A stretch of DNA of 59,408 nucleotides from Actinomycetes bacterium (GTDB lineage Bacteria > Actinomycetota > Acidimicrobiia > Acidimicrobiales > CADCSY01): NCBI GenBank assembly GCA_031398745.1, contig JANNNX010000078.1, positions 1-59,408 on the forward strand. The letters run 5' to 3'. A model generated the notes under the pieces. That model saw only the letters and a list, made by a program, of their open reading frames with translations. It ran no database searches and was not told the origin of the DNA. Made by a program: the position numbers and the translations under genes. Position 1 is the stretch's first letter. The number at the start of each line of letters is the position of its first letter. Positions 49,799 through 58,864 of this stretch are shown one piece after another.

Positions 49799-52064
49799 CT
49801 CGCCCCAGCGGGTTGGTCACCGACGTCTGGTTGCCGTCGGCGTCGTATGCGTAGGTCGTCTCTCGACCCAGCTCGTCGGTCGAGCGCAGCAAGCGCCCGA
49901 GGACGCCCCAGGTGTTGGTGGTCGTCGTCCCGTCAGGGTTGGTGGTGGTCACCAGCTGACCCCGGGAGTCGTACTCATAGCTGGTCACATGGCCCAAAGG
50001 GGTACTGGTGGAGGCGGTACGGCCGTGGGCGTCGTAGATGTTGGTGGTCACGCCACCCGAGGGGTCGGTCGTGGTCACGAGACGACCGACGGCGTCGTAG
50101 GCGTAGGCGGTGGTCTGGCCCGCGGGGTCAGTCGTGGTCAGCACCCGACCACCCCCGTCGAAGGTCCAGGTGGTGACACGACCGGCTGCCGTCGTCTGCT
50201 GAGTCCGGTTACCGGCGGCGTCGTATTGGTAGGTGGTGGTCCCGGCCGCAGTCGTCGAGCTGGTCATCCGTCGGGATGCGTCGTAGGAGTAGGTCGTGGT
50301 CACGCCGTCGGCATCGGTCGACGAGGTCACCAGCCCGTCGGAGCTGACGTAGCTGGTCGTCTGCCCGACGTGGTCGGTGACCGACGTCGGTACCCGGCTC
50401 GATCCGTCGTACGTGTAGGTCGTCGTCCCCGACGCCGGCGACGACGTCGAGGTGACCCGATCGAGGGCGTCGTAGGTGGCGGTCGAGGTGATGCCAGCCT
50501 CGTCGGTGGCGGTGACCACGTTGCCGTGCGCGTCGTAGGTCTGGGCCACGGCCTGGTCGAGCCGACCCACGGCGGCCACGACGTTGCCCGACGCGTCATA
50601 GGTCCGACTGAGGACACCGCCAACGGGGTCGGTGGCCTGCGTGACCCGAGCATTGACGTCGTGCTGGTAGGTGACGACCTCGCTCGATGCCGACTCGGTC
50701 ACCGTGGTGGTGCCGGTGTCGTCGTCGTACTCGAACGTCGTGGTCGAGGTCCCCGGACCGGCGTGCTGGGCAAGGACCCGCCCCCGGGAGTCGTAGGTGT
50801 TGACGGCGACGACCCTGCCCGTGGCGTCGGTGATCGACGCAATACGTCCTGCGGCATCGAGAGAATATGCGGTGGCTCCGGCGCTGGGCGTGGTCACCGA
50901 CACGAGGCGGTCCGACGAGTCATACGCATAGGTGGCGTTTCGACCGTCCGACGATTCGACATTGGCCAACCTCGCAGAGGCGGTGTAGGTGAACGCCAGA
51001 GATCCACCGGATGAAGAACTGACCTCGGTCACCAGACCGTCGACATCTCTTGCGATGGTGATCGATTCGCCCTCGGCATCACTCTGGGCAACCAGCAAGC
51101 CCTGGTCGTCGTAGGTCCACACCTCGCCGGAATACCAGGTGAGCGTCCAGGTAAGCGTCCAGCTGCTGTCACGGTGCTGGGCCAGCTCGCCGTACTGGTC
51201 ACCCGGGCGAACGAAGACGGTGCCGTCCGTCTCGTAGGTCACCTCTCGGCCATCGGGGAGTACCAGCGCGGCGGAGCCGCCGGTCTGCAACGCCACCGTC
51301 GAGTCGTAGGCGCCCCGCCAGCCGACCCCCATCGCCCCCGAGGTGAGATCGCGCGAGTTGTAGGTGGTCGTCCAGGCCAGGCCGAAGGCATCGGATGCCC
51401 CCGCCAGATCGGTGCTCGACAGCACGAAGTTCCCGGACGCGGTGTCCACCGGGTCCGACGCCGTCATCTGACCCGATCGATAGCCCAGCGTCGAGCGCAC
51501 CGGCACCGTGGTGGCGCAGGTTTCCGTCGGGAGACCCGCGAACGCTCCGGTCGGCGAGGCCACCTCGAGTCGCACGGTGTCGCACGCGTAGTTGTCGGAG
51601 TCGAAGAGTCCGATTCTCGGAGCGTCGTCCCGCAACCCCGACGACAGCTGCGTCGCGTACCGGGACAGACCGGAGAAGCGGACCTCCCGCTCCACGCCCT
51701 CGATGACGACGTGACCGGGAGTGGTGAGCACGTCGATCAGCAAGGACTCGTCGGCGGATCCATATCCCGAGCTGCTCACAAGGAACCCGTCGAGACAGGA
51801 GGCGTCCACGTCGATGCGGAACGCACTGGCTGTACTCGCGTCGGCGAGCACCGCCGTGCACGACGTGGTGCCCGTCGGCGTCACCGAGGCCTCGTAGGAG
51901 AAGTACTGATCGACCTCCCCCGTGGTCAGGTTCAGGCTCACGATGGGATCAGCAGCTGCCGGCACCGTCGCTAGGGGCTGGATCACGGCCAAGGCGGACG
52001 ACAGCGCGGACAGAGAAACCCCGACCCCAACCCCCATGCGATGCATGGATCCGACCATAGACAC
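49716..52064 (-). CDS. RHS/YD-repeat polymorphic toxin, N-terminal portion: Sec signal peptide, N-terminal domain and the start of the YD-repeat shell
   Basis: Signal peptide MHRMGVGVGVSLSALSSALAVIQPLATVPAAA. RHS shell-opening motif DPVDTASGNFVLSSTDLAG. YD repeats (TYDASGNVV, TYDAHGNVV, YAYDADGNQ). After ...SVTNPLGR the frame decays to junk, while the +1 frame continues as TTTGYDAAGR. Confidence 0.85.
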   Translation of the reverse strand: MSMVGSMHRMGVGVGVSLSALSSALAVIQPLATVPAAADPIVSLNLTTGEVDQYFSYEASVTPTGTTSCTAVLADASTASAFRIDVDASCLDGFLVSSSGYGSADESLLIDVLTTPGHVVIEGVEREVRFSGLSRYATQLSSGLRDDAPRIGLFDSDNYACDTVRLEVASPTGAFAGLPTETCATTVPVRSTLGYRSGQMTASDPVDTASGNFVLSSTDLAGASDAFGLAWTTTYNSRDLTSGAMGVGWRGAYDSTVALQTGGSAALVLPDGREVTYETDGTVFVRPGDQYGELAQHRDSSWTLTWTLTWYSGEVWTYDDQGLLVAQSDAEGESITIARDVDGLVTEVSSSSGGSLAFTYTASARLANVESSDGRNATYAYDSSDRLVSVTTPSAGATAYSLDAAGRIASITDATGRVVAVNTYDSRGRVLAQHAGPGTSTTTFEYDDDTGTTTVTESASSEVVTYQHDVNARVTQATDPVGGVLSRTYDASGNVVAAVGRLDQAVAQTYDAHGNVVTATDEAGITSTATYDALDRVTSTSSPASGTTTYTYDGSSRVPTSVTDHVGQTTSYVSSDGLVTSSTDADGVTTTYSYDASRRMTSSTTAAGTTTYQYDAAGNRTQQTTAAGRVTTWTFDGGGRVLTTTDPAGQTTAYAYDAVGRLVTTTDPSGGVTTNIYDAHGRTASTSTPLGHVTSYEYDSRGQLVTTTNPDGTTTTNTWGVLGRLLRSTDELGRETTYAYDADGNQTSVTNPLGRGDDHRLRRRRTRGHHHRWARSHDDHGL

Positions 52065-52088
52065 CGCGCGGGTACAAACTCAAGGACC

Positions 52089-52814
52089 ATGAAGGTCTCG
52101 ATCATCATGACCAGTTGGAACACGGCCGAATACATCGATCAAGCGGTCCTGTCAATCCTCCATTCGACCTATTCCGAACTGGAACTCGTGATCGTCGACG
52201 ACGGCTCGACCGACGACACACCCCTGCGCCTGGCGTCGCTGGCCAGTCAAGACCCTCGGATCGTGGTCGAACTCGGGCCCCACGTCGGGCGCCGGCGAGC
52301 GCTGGAACAGGCGCACAGCCTGGCCACCGGAGACGTGCTGGCCTGGGTCGACTCCGACGACGTGCTCCACCCCCGGGCCCTCGAACGCTGCACGCCAGTC
52401 ATCCGCAGCGGTGCGGACCTCGTGTACACCCACCGGCGGTTGCTGGATGCCGCAGGCAACGACCGGGGGCCGCACGCCAAGAACGTGACCCCCTACGACC
52501 CGCTCCAGCTGCTCGTCTCGAACATGATCTTCCACCTCCGGCTCTACCGGCGCGACCTCTTCGAGCGTGCCGGCGGCGTCGGCGACCTCGAGTCGGCCAT
52601 CGACTGGGACCTCAACCTGCGGATGACCGAGCTCGCCGACCCGGTCTGCATCCCCGAGGAGCTCTACTGGTACCGGGTCCGGCCCGGACGCATGAGCGGT
52701 ACGACGGCACAGGCCAGCAACGGCCGGTTGGCGGTGTTGCGCGCCATCCGGCGCCGGGGGCTCGATGTCGAACTCGTCATCGACGACCGGGGCTGGCACC
52801 TTCGCCGGCGCTGA
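52089..52814 (+). CDS. Family 2 glycosyltransferase
   Basis: MKVSIIMTSWNTAEYIDQAVLSILHSTYSELELVIVDDGSTDDT is the GT-A fold DxD context. The internal Met is used as the start. Confidence 0.75.
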   Translation: MKVSIIMTSWNTAEYIDQAVLSILHSTYSELELVIVDDGSTDDTPLRLASLASQDPRIVVELGPHVGRRRALEQAHSLATGDVLAWVDSDDVLHPRALERCTPVIRSGADLVYTHRRLLDAAGNDRGPHAKNVTPYDPLQLLVSNMIFHLRLYRRDLFERAGGVGDLESAIDWDLNLRMTELADPVCIPEELYWYRVRPGRMSGTTAQASNGRLAVLRAIRRRGLDVELVIDDRGWHLRRR

Positions 52815-52817
52815 CCG

Positions 52818-54902
52818 TCACCGAGGGCGTTGCCAGTCCTCGGGTCGGGCCACCGAGGCACCCACCACCGCCAGCGCGAGGCCGCCGACCAGGGCGAGGC
52901 CCACCCCAGCGGTGGGGAAGGCAACCGAGCCGGCGATGTCGATCCACCGCCAGGCCGCAAAGACGCCCGCCATCGCGGCCGGACCCACCACGGCGACGTA
53001 CACGGTGAGGAACTCGAGGCGGATCAGCCGGCCGACCCGTCGCCGGGAGAGCCCGAGCGCCGCCAGCAGGCGACCGAGACCACGGTCGGCCACCGAGCGA
53101 TCGAGCAGGGTCAGACCCATGGCCACCGTCGACAGCCCCGCGGCCAGGCCCAGACCACCGAGGATCCAGGCCACGATCGGCGACTCCCTCCTGACGTTGT
53201 CGGCCGCGCTACGGAGTGACAGCGGGCGATCCAAGCTGGCCACTAGGGCCCGCAACCGGCTCTCTGCCGCCGCCCCGCTGGGGACCACGACGTAGCCGGC
53301 ACCGGCCGAGGCCACATCGGTCGACCGGCTCAGTGCGACCCCCCCGGGGACGCCGAAGATCCGGGCCAGGCGCTCTTCGGCCGCGGGCGACAACTGACCC
53401 TCGATGCACGCCGGCGCGTTCACCAGCCGCTCGACCGCCCCGCAGGTCGACGCCAGCACCAGGACCGGTGCCTGGTTGGGGTCTGCCATCTGCAGGGCGG
53501 CAGTCACCACCTCGACGTCAGACCACGCCTCGGTCAGGCGGGCCGCCTCGTCGGCACGAAGCCCGGGCTGGACCTCGACGGCCAGCCACCCCGCGTCGAG
53601 CCGAGGAGGCGGATCCGATTGACGAGCGATGGTCAGCCAGCTGAGGACCACCGGCGTCACCAGGATCGCCACCGCGACGCCGATCAGCGGTCGGCTCGCA
53701 CCCAACGGGTCGCCCTCCAACCGGCGACCACCGAGCAGGAGGAGCACCCGGCCGGTCGACGCCAGGCGAACCCCGACCGCCCTGACCACCATCGGCACGA
53801 GGAAGGGCAGGCCGATGATCACGGAGACGAAACCGGCCAGTGCCACCGTCGAGGCCCGCCGACCGTCGAGGAACGGTGTCCCGGCCAACAGGAGCACGCC
53901 CACCGCGCCGGGGGCCCACCGCCAGCGGGAGAGCCGGGACCGGACGACCACCAGGCGCGGCCCTCGGTCGGCACCCGACCGGCGCGCGGTGAGCACCGCG
54001 GCCCCCGCACCGGGCAGGGCCGCCGCCAACACCGCGGCCACCAGCCACGCGGCCGGGAGGGCGAGGTCGTCGTGGGCCACGGCTCGACCCACGAAGGGCA
54101 GGACATCGAGACGACCGGCGCCGAGGACCCAGGCGGCGAGACCGATCGCCATCCCGGGCGAAGCGCCCAGGAGCACCTCGAGCACTACCAGCACCCGTCG
54201 GTGCCGGCGCCGCAGCCCCAAGGCCTCCAGGAGTTGGAGCCGAGCATCGCGACGCTGGGTGCCGAACGAGGCCGCGGCGGCCCAGAGCAGGCCCACCGGG
54301 ACGCCGACCAGGCCGAGCGCGGCCAACGCGATGGGCAGCGCCTCGGTCTCCACCGGGTCGCCGACCTCCCAGGTGAGGTGCCCAGCCCGGTGGCCGAAGC
54401 CCACGGCGTCGAGCACCTGCCACTCCAGCGGCTGGTCGTCGACCGCTCGCCGATAGACCAGCAGCTCGTCCGGGTTGCGGACGCCCTCGTCGCTCAGCAC
54501 CGACGAGCACTCGAACCGGGCCCGGAGGTCGTCGTGGTCGGCCATCAACTCGGCCATCCCGGGCGACACCGCCCAGCAACCGGGGGCCGGCAGCGCGGCC
54601 ATTCCCGGGGGCAACGGAGAGTCTTGGGTCAGGGGTTGCAGCCAGATCTCGCTGTACTGGCGTCCTCGCCACGAGTTGTAGAGCATGCTCACCCGCAGGA
54701 GCGGGGTCTCGCCGCTCTGGGCGACGACCACTCCCCGGCCCGCCATCCGATCGTTCTCGGCGCCGAGCATCTGGAGCGCGCCGGCCACACCGAGAGCCAC
54801 CACCACGCTCAGGCAGCCGGCGACCCCGAGGGCCAGTCGGCGGAGGCGCTGGGCCCGATCGCGGCTCGAGCTCAGCGCCCAGGCCACCCGGAGCAGGATC
54901 AC
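52818..54902 (-). CDS. FtsX-like ABC transporter permease with large extracytoplasmic domains
   Basis: About 694 aa with two 4-TM FtsX-type bundles separated by long loops. The GTG start overlaps the ATPase stop. The 804-aa track ORF over-extends. Confidence 0.65.
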   Translation of the reverse strand: MILLRVAWALSSSRDRAQRLRRLALGVAGCLSVVVALGVAGALQMLGAENDRMAGRGVVVAQSGETPLLRVSMLYNSWRGRQYSEIWLQPLTQDSPLPPGMAALPAPGCWAVSPGMAELMADHDDLRARFECSSVLSDEGVRNPDELLVYRRAVDDQPLEWQVLDAVGFGHRAGHLTWEVGDPVETEALPIALAALGLVGVPVGLLWAAAASFGTQRRDARLQLLEALGLRRRHRRVLVVLEVLLGASPGMAIGLAAWVLGAGRLDVLPFVGRAVAHDDLALPAAWLVAAVLAAALPGAGAAVLTARRSGADRGPRLVVVRSRLSRWRWAPGAVGVLLLAGTPFLDGRRASTVALAGFVSVIIGLPFLVPMVVRAVGVRLASTGRVLLLLGGRRLEGDPLGASRPLIGVAVAILVTPVVLSWLTIARQSDPPPRLDAGWLAVEVQPGLRADEAARLTEAWSDVEVVTAALQMADPNQAPVLVLASTCGAVERLVNAPACIEGQLSPAAEERLARIFGVPGGVALSRSTDVASAGAGYVVVPSGAAAESRLRALVASLDRPLSLRSAADNVRRESPIVAWILGGLGLAAGLSTVAMGLTLLDRSVADRGLGRLLAALGLSRRRVGRLIRLEFLTVYVAVVGPAAMAGVFAAWRWIDIAGSVAFPTAGVGLALVGGLALAVVGASVARPEDWQRPR

Positions 54903-55585
54903 GCCGAGGGGACCAGACGCTCCACCACGCGCCCCCGTTGGAGCGCGAGCTGGTGATCGGCCCGCGCCGCCACCGACTCGTCGTGGGTGGCCAGCACCAG
55001 GGCGGCCCCCGAGGCTCGGCAGGTGTCGACCAGCAGCTCGGCAATCTCCACCGCGGTGTCGGCGTCGAGCGACCCGGTGGGCTCGTCGGCCAGCACCAGC
55101 GCGGGCTCGCCGACCAACGCTCGGGCCACGCCCACCCGCTGGACCTCCCCGCCCGACAGCGCCGCCGGGCGGTCCGCACCCCGACCACCGAGGCCCACCC
55201 GGTCGAGCCCCCGCTCGGCGGTGGTGGCCCACCCGCGTTGGCCCCGGAGGAGCAAGGGCAGGCCGACGTTCTCGGCCACGGTGAGCTCGGCCAGTAGCTC
55301 ACCGAACTGGAACACGATCCCGATGCCCCGTTGCCGCAGGGCGGCGGCTGCCCGCTCGTGGCTCTGGTCGAGCCGCGTGCCCAGGACCCAGACCTCGCCG
55401 CCATCGACCCGCCGCAGCCCGGCCAGGCAGTGCAGCAGCGTGGTCTTGCCCGACCCCGACGGGCCCATCAGCGAGACCACCTCGCCCTCGGCCAGCGAGA
55501 GGCTGGCCCCATCGAGGATGACCCGGTCGGGCGCCCGGACCACCACGTCGCGAGCGACGGCGACCGGCCCACCCAGGGTCACCAC
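54899..55585 (-). CDS. ABC transporter ATP-binding protein (FtsE/LolD/MacB-type)
   Basis: Walker A GPSGSGKTT, signature LSGGEVQRVGVARA, Walker B LVLADEPTGSLD. Confidence 0.88.
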   Translation of the reverse strand: MVTLGGPVAVARDVVVRAPDRVILDGASLSLAEGEVVSLMGPSGSGKTTLLHCLAGLRRVDGGEVWVLGTRLDQSHERAAAALRQRGIGIVFQFGELLAELTVAENVGLPLLLRGQRGWATTAERGLDRVGLGGRGADRPAALSGGEVQRVGVARALVGEPALVLADEPTGSLDADTAVEIAELLVDTCRASGAALVLATHDESVAARADHQLALQRGRVVERLVPSA

Positions 55586-55661
55586 TTCCCGGCTCCAACC
55601 ATCGGCGCTCCCCCGGAAGATCCGTTACCTCTGGGGAGGTTACCTCAGGTAGGAGGGCGGA

Positions 55662-56294
55662 TCAGCTGCCGGCCTCGCCCCGCTTCGAGATCACGTGGTC
55701 GATCATCCCGTAGTCGGCGGCCTCGAGGGCGGTGAACCAGCGGTCGCGGTCGGAGTCGGCCTCGATCTGCTCCGGGGACTTGCCGGTGTGGAAGGCGATG
55801 CGCTCAGCCATCGTCCGCTTCACGTAGGCCATCTGCTCGGCCTGGATGGCGATGTCGGCCGCTTGGCCCTGCACCCCCCCGGAGGGCTGGTGCATCATGA
55901 TCCGGGAGTGGGGCAGGGCGAAGCGCTTGCCCGCCGCGCCGGCGCACAGCAGGAACTGGCCCATCGAGGCGGCCAGGCCCATGCAGATGGTGGCCACGTC
56001 GGGCTTGATGAATTGAATCGTGTCGTAGATGGCCATCCCCGAGGTGACCACACCGCCGGGGCTGTTGATGTAGAGCCAGATGTCGCGGGTGTCGTCCTGG
56101 CTCTCGAGGAACAGCAGCTGGGCGATGATCAGGTTGGCCACCGTGTCCTCGACCTCGCTGCCGAGCACCACGATCCGGTCGGTGAGCAGGCGGTTGAAGA
56201 CGTCGAACTGACCGCCGGGAAAGGAGTCGCGAGCGGTCGGGCCGAGCGCGTCGAGGAGGGGTTGGTCCATGGGGCGGCAGGCTAGCGGGACCAC
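55662..56294 (-). CDS. clpP: ATP-dependent Clp protease proteolytic subunit (paralog B)
   Basis: 210 aa with [18 protein letters not shown] and a ClpP catalytic-triad context. It is unlinked from the tig-clpP-clpX locus. Confidence 0.9.
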   Translation of the reverse strand: MVPLACRPMDQPLLDALGPTARDSFPGGQFDVFNRLLTDRIVVLGSEVEDTVANLIIAQLLFLESQDDTRDIWLYINSPGGVVTSGMAIYDTIQFIKPDVATICMGLAASMGQFLLCAGAAGKRFALPHSRIMMHQPSGGVQGQAADIAIQAEQMAYVKRTMAERIAFHTGKSPEQIEADSDRDRWFTALEAADYGMIDHVISKRGEAGS

Positions 56295-56320
56295 CCGACG
56301 TACCCTCTGCGTCGTCGACC

Positions 56321-56403
56321 GGCGGGCGTGGCGGAATCGGCAGACGCGCCAGGTTTAGGTCCTGGTCTCTTCGGAGGTGGAGGTTCGAGTCCTCTCGCCC
56401 GCA
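56321..56403 (+). tRNA. tRNA-Leu (anticodon TAG) with a long variable arm
   Basis: GCGGGCGTGGCGGAATCGGCAGACGCGCCAGGTTTAGGTCCTGGTCTCTTCGGAGGTGGAGGTTCGAGTCCTCTCGCCCGCA. Confidence 0.8.
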
Positions 56404-56408
56404 CGCAG

Positions 56409-57134
56409 TCAGCTCGGCGCCGGGAACGGCAACGGGGGCAGGTTGACCACCCGCGCCGGCTCGGCCGCCTCCGGCACCGCCGCCGGCGACCCGCCGACGA
56501 CCTGGTAGCGCACGTCGAGCAGCCGGCGCCAGGATCCGGCGGCCAGGGCCGGCACCAGCAGGCGGGCGGCCCGTCCCCGGCGGGCTCGGGCCTCGGCCCG
56601 GAAGGCGATGGCCGACGAGCGCGACAGCGCCCGCTCGACCCGGCGCTGGCGGCGCCACAGGGGATGACGCACCAACCGGCGCTGGGTGTCGGCGCCGGCC
56701 CGGGTCAGCACCGCGACGTCGGAGTCGCCGGCGAGCACGGCCGCCGCCACCCGGCGGAGCTGGCTCGGGGGGTCGGCCAGGTCGGGGGCGACGACCATCA
56801 CCACCCGGCCGCTGGCCAGTTCGGCGGCATCGACCAACGCCGCCCCGGCCTCGACCGCCGGTCGGCCGGCATCGACCAGGCGGTGCCGCTCGGGTGTCGA
56901 CCAGGGCGCCCACCACAGGCGCAGCGCCCGGTGCCGGGCCCCGGCATCGACGAATACGACCTCCGAGCCGTCGGCTGCCGCGCCCAGGGCCACGTGGAGG
57001 TCGGCCAGCAGACTCCGGGCCCGATCGTCGGGCGGACCGGGGACGACGATCGTCAACGGCCGAACCAGATCGACGGGTGCCTGGGCGTCACGAAGGGCAG
57101 CGGGACCACGCCGGGGGCGTCGAGCGAAGGGCAT
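56409..57134 (-). CDS. Hypothetical protein (possibly glycosyltransferase-like)
   Basis: The 241-aa internal-Met reading MPFARRP...LTIVVPGPPDD... has a GC3-rich coding-like frame. The longer 512-aa ORF overlaps the opposite-strand LLM gene and is rejected. Confidence 0.3.
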   Translation of the reverse strand: MPFARRPRRGPAALRDAQAPVDLVRPLTIVVPGPPDDRARSLLADLHVALGAAADGSEVVFVDAGARHRALRLWWAPWSTPERHRLVDAGRPAVEAGAALVDAAELASGRVVMVVAPDLADPPSQLRRVAAAVLAGDSDVAVLTRAGADTQRRLVRHPLWRRQRRVERALSRSSAIAFRAEARARRGRAARLLVPALAAGSWRRLLDVRYQVVGGSPAAVPEAAEPARVVNLPPLPFPAPS

Positions 57135-57252
57135 TGCGGGCTCCGGGAAGCAGGGCGACTCGGGAAGCCGGCCATGCTCGCAGAGGCTCCGAAGACTGTC
57201 GAGATGCCACGAGACGTCAGCAGGGTGAACAAATGGGGCCTGAGCGCGTGGA

Positions 57253-58158
57253 GTGGCGTGGCCGACGCGAGCGGCGACCGGGTGGCCCGGCGAGGGCATG
57301 ATCGCCCGGGTTACGGTCGAGGAGGTGGACCCGGATCCGGGCACCGCCGAACCCGCGACGCGATCTCCCCGGGGCACCGCGCCACCGCCCGGGCGCCTGG
57401 TGCGCCTCGGGGTGGTCGTGCCGGCCGACACCCCATCCGAGCAACTGGGTCTCCTCGCCGGGGTGGCAGCCGCGGCCGGTGTCGGAGTGATCTGGGTCGA
57501 CGCCCGCGACGGCACCGACCCGTGGACGGCCCTGGCCGTCCTCGCCGCCCGCGGCACCGACGTCGGTCTCGGTGTCCACCTCTGGCTGGCACCGGGCCAC
57601 TCGCCGGTCTCGCCACCCGAGGGGTTCCCGGCCGGGCTCGACGTGTCCGCGCTCGGCCGCCCGCTCGAGCTGTCGATCCTGGGAGACGACCAGGCTCGCG
57701 TTATCGATGCGACGCACGACCTCCGCCGCGAGATCGGCCCCCGGTGGGTGATCGGCCGGGAGTGGCGCCCGTCCGGCCACGCCGCCGACGGCCCGGCGAC
57801 CGACGGCGACGACCTGGTGGTAGTCGCGGGCGAGGATCGACCGTTGGGCGACACCCTCGCCCGGCTCGGCCGCCACCTGGACGACGGGGCCCCACTCGAG
57901 CGGCCCGGCGTCGCGGTGCTGGCTGCGGCGTCGATCGGCCGCACCACGGCCGAGGCCGAGGCCCGGGCATCGCTCGCCCGCGACCACCCCTACGGCCACC
58001 CGAAGGACGTCGGGCTGTTCGGCACCCTCGAACAGGTCCACGCCGCGGTGGTGGCCCTGGCCCGTGCCGGGGTCACCGACCTCCGCTGCACCCTGCCGAC
58101 CCTCGCGGACGTGGCCGACGCCGTCGGCCAGTTGACGGCGGCCACCCGGCGGCCCTGA
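57253..58158 (+). CDS. Luciferase-like monooxygenase (LLM) class, probably an F420-dependent oxidoreductase
   Basis: The C-terminus ...GLFGTLEQVHAAVVALARAGVTDLRC has the LLM pattern. The true start is uncertain and may lie at about 57298. Confidence 0.5.
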   Translation: MAWPTRAATGWPGEGMIARVTVEEVDPDPGTAEPATRSPRGTAPPPGRLVRLGVVVPADTPSEQLGLLAGVAAAAGVGVIWVDARDGTDPWTALAVLAARGTDVGLGVHLWLAPGHSPVSPPEGFPAGLDVSALGRPLELSILGDDQARVIDATHDLRREIGPRWVIGREWRPSGHAADGPATDGDDLVVVAGEDRPLGDTLARLGRHLDDGAPLERPGVAVLAAASIGRTTAEAEARASLARDHPYGHPKDVGLFGTLEQVHAAVVALARAGVTDLRCTLPTLADVADAVGQLTAATRRP

Positions 58159-58326
58159 CCGCCCGAAAAGACGGCCCTTGACATCGTCACGCGCCGTCTT
58201 GATACTGCTTCAGAAGACGGACAGGTTCGCTCTGCGAAACCGCCCCGGCGGCGACGAGAGCGAGCGAGTACCGACCCAAAAGTCCCGCCTCCCAGGTGGG
58301 CGCGATCGCACGGGGGGTGCGGCGCA

Positions 58327-58821
58327 ATGGCCTACGAGACCCGTTTCGGCTCCCTCGATGAGCACGATCAGGGCGGCGTCGAAGTGATCGACGACGACCC
58401 GCGCCACTACGTGTTCTCCAACATGTTCGACGTCGCCCGCCGCTCCGAACCGTGGGAGCAGGTGGCGGTGGGCAAGAACCAGGAGTACGTGCTCGAGGTG
58501 GTGCGGGCCGAGGGCGAGTCGATGTGGCGGACGGCCGCTCACGACCAGTTCGCGCTGGTGATGGACGGAGCGGTCGAGATCGAGCTGTGCCGCCCCGAGC
58601 ACGACCTGGTGGCGCACGACGCCCAGGGATCGATCGGGCTGCCGGCCGCGCCCGAGGGTCAGACCATGGGCCGGGTCCGCGCCGGCAAGGGTCACATGAC
58701 CCTGCTCCCGGGCGGCGCCGCCTACCGGTGCCGGGCCGACCGACCCAGCGTGTTGCTCATCCAGACCATCGAAGGCCCCGACACCCGCTACCGGTGGAGC
58801 CAGATCTGCCAGACGTACTGA
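58327..58821 (+). CDS. Hypothetical cupin-like protein
   Basis: 164 aa with strong GC3 bias. Beta-barrel-like pattern (EYVLEVV...FALVMDGAVEIEL...GHMTLLPGGAAYRC). Confidence 0.45.
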   Translation: MAYETRFGSLDEHDQGGVEVIDDDPRHYVFSNMFDVARRSEPWEQVAVGKNQEYVLEVVRAEGESMWRTAAHDQFALVMDGAVEIELCRPEHDLVAHDAQGSIGLPAAPEGQTMGRVRAGKGHMTLLPGGAAYRCRADRPSVLLIQTIEGPDTRYRWSQICQTY

Positions 58822-58864
58822 TCCCCGAGACCTCGGGGCTCGCACCCGCATCCAGGAGGGCACC

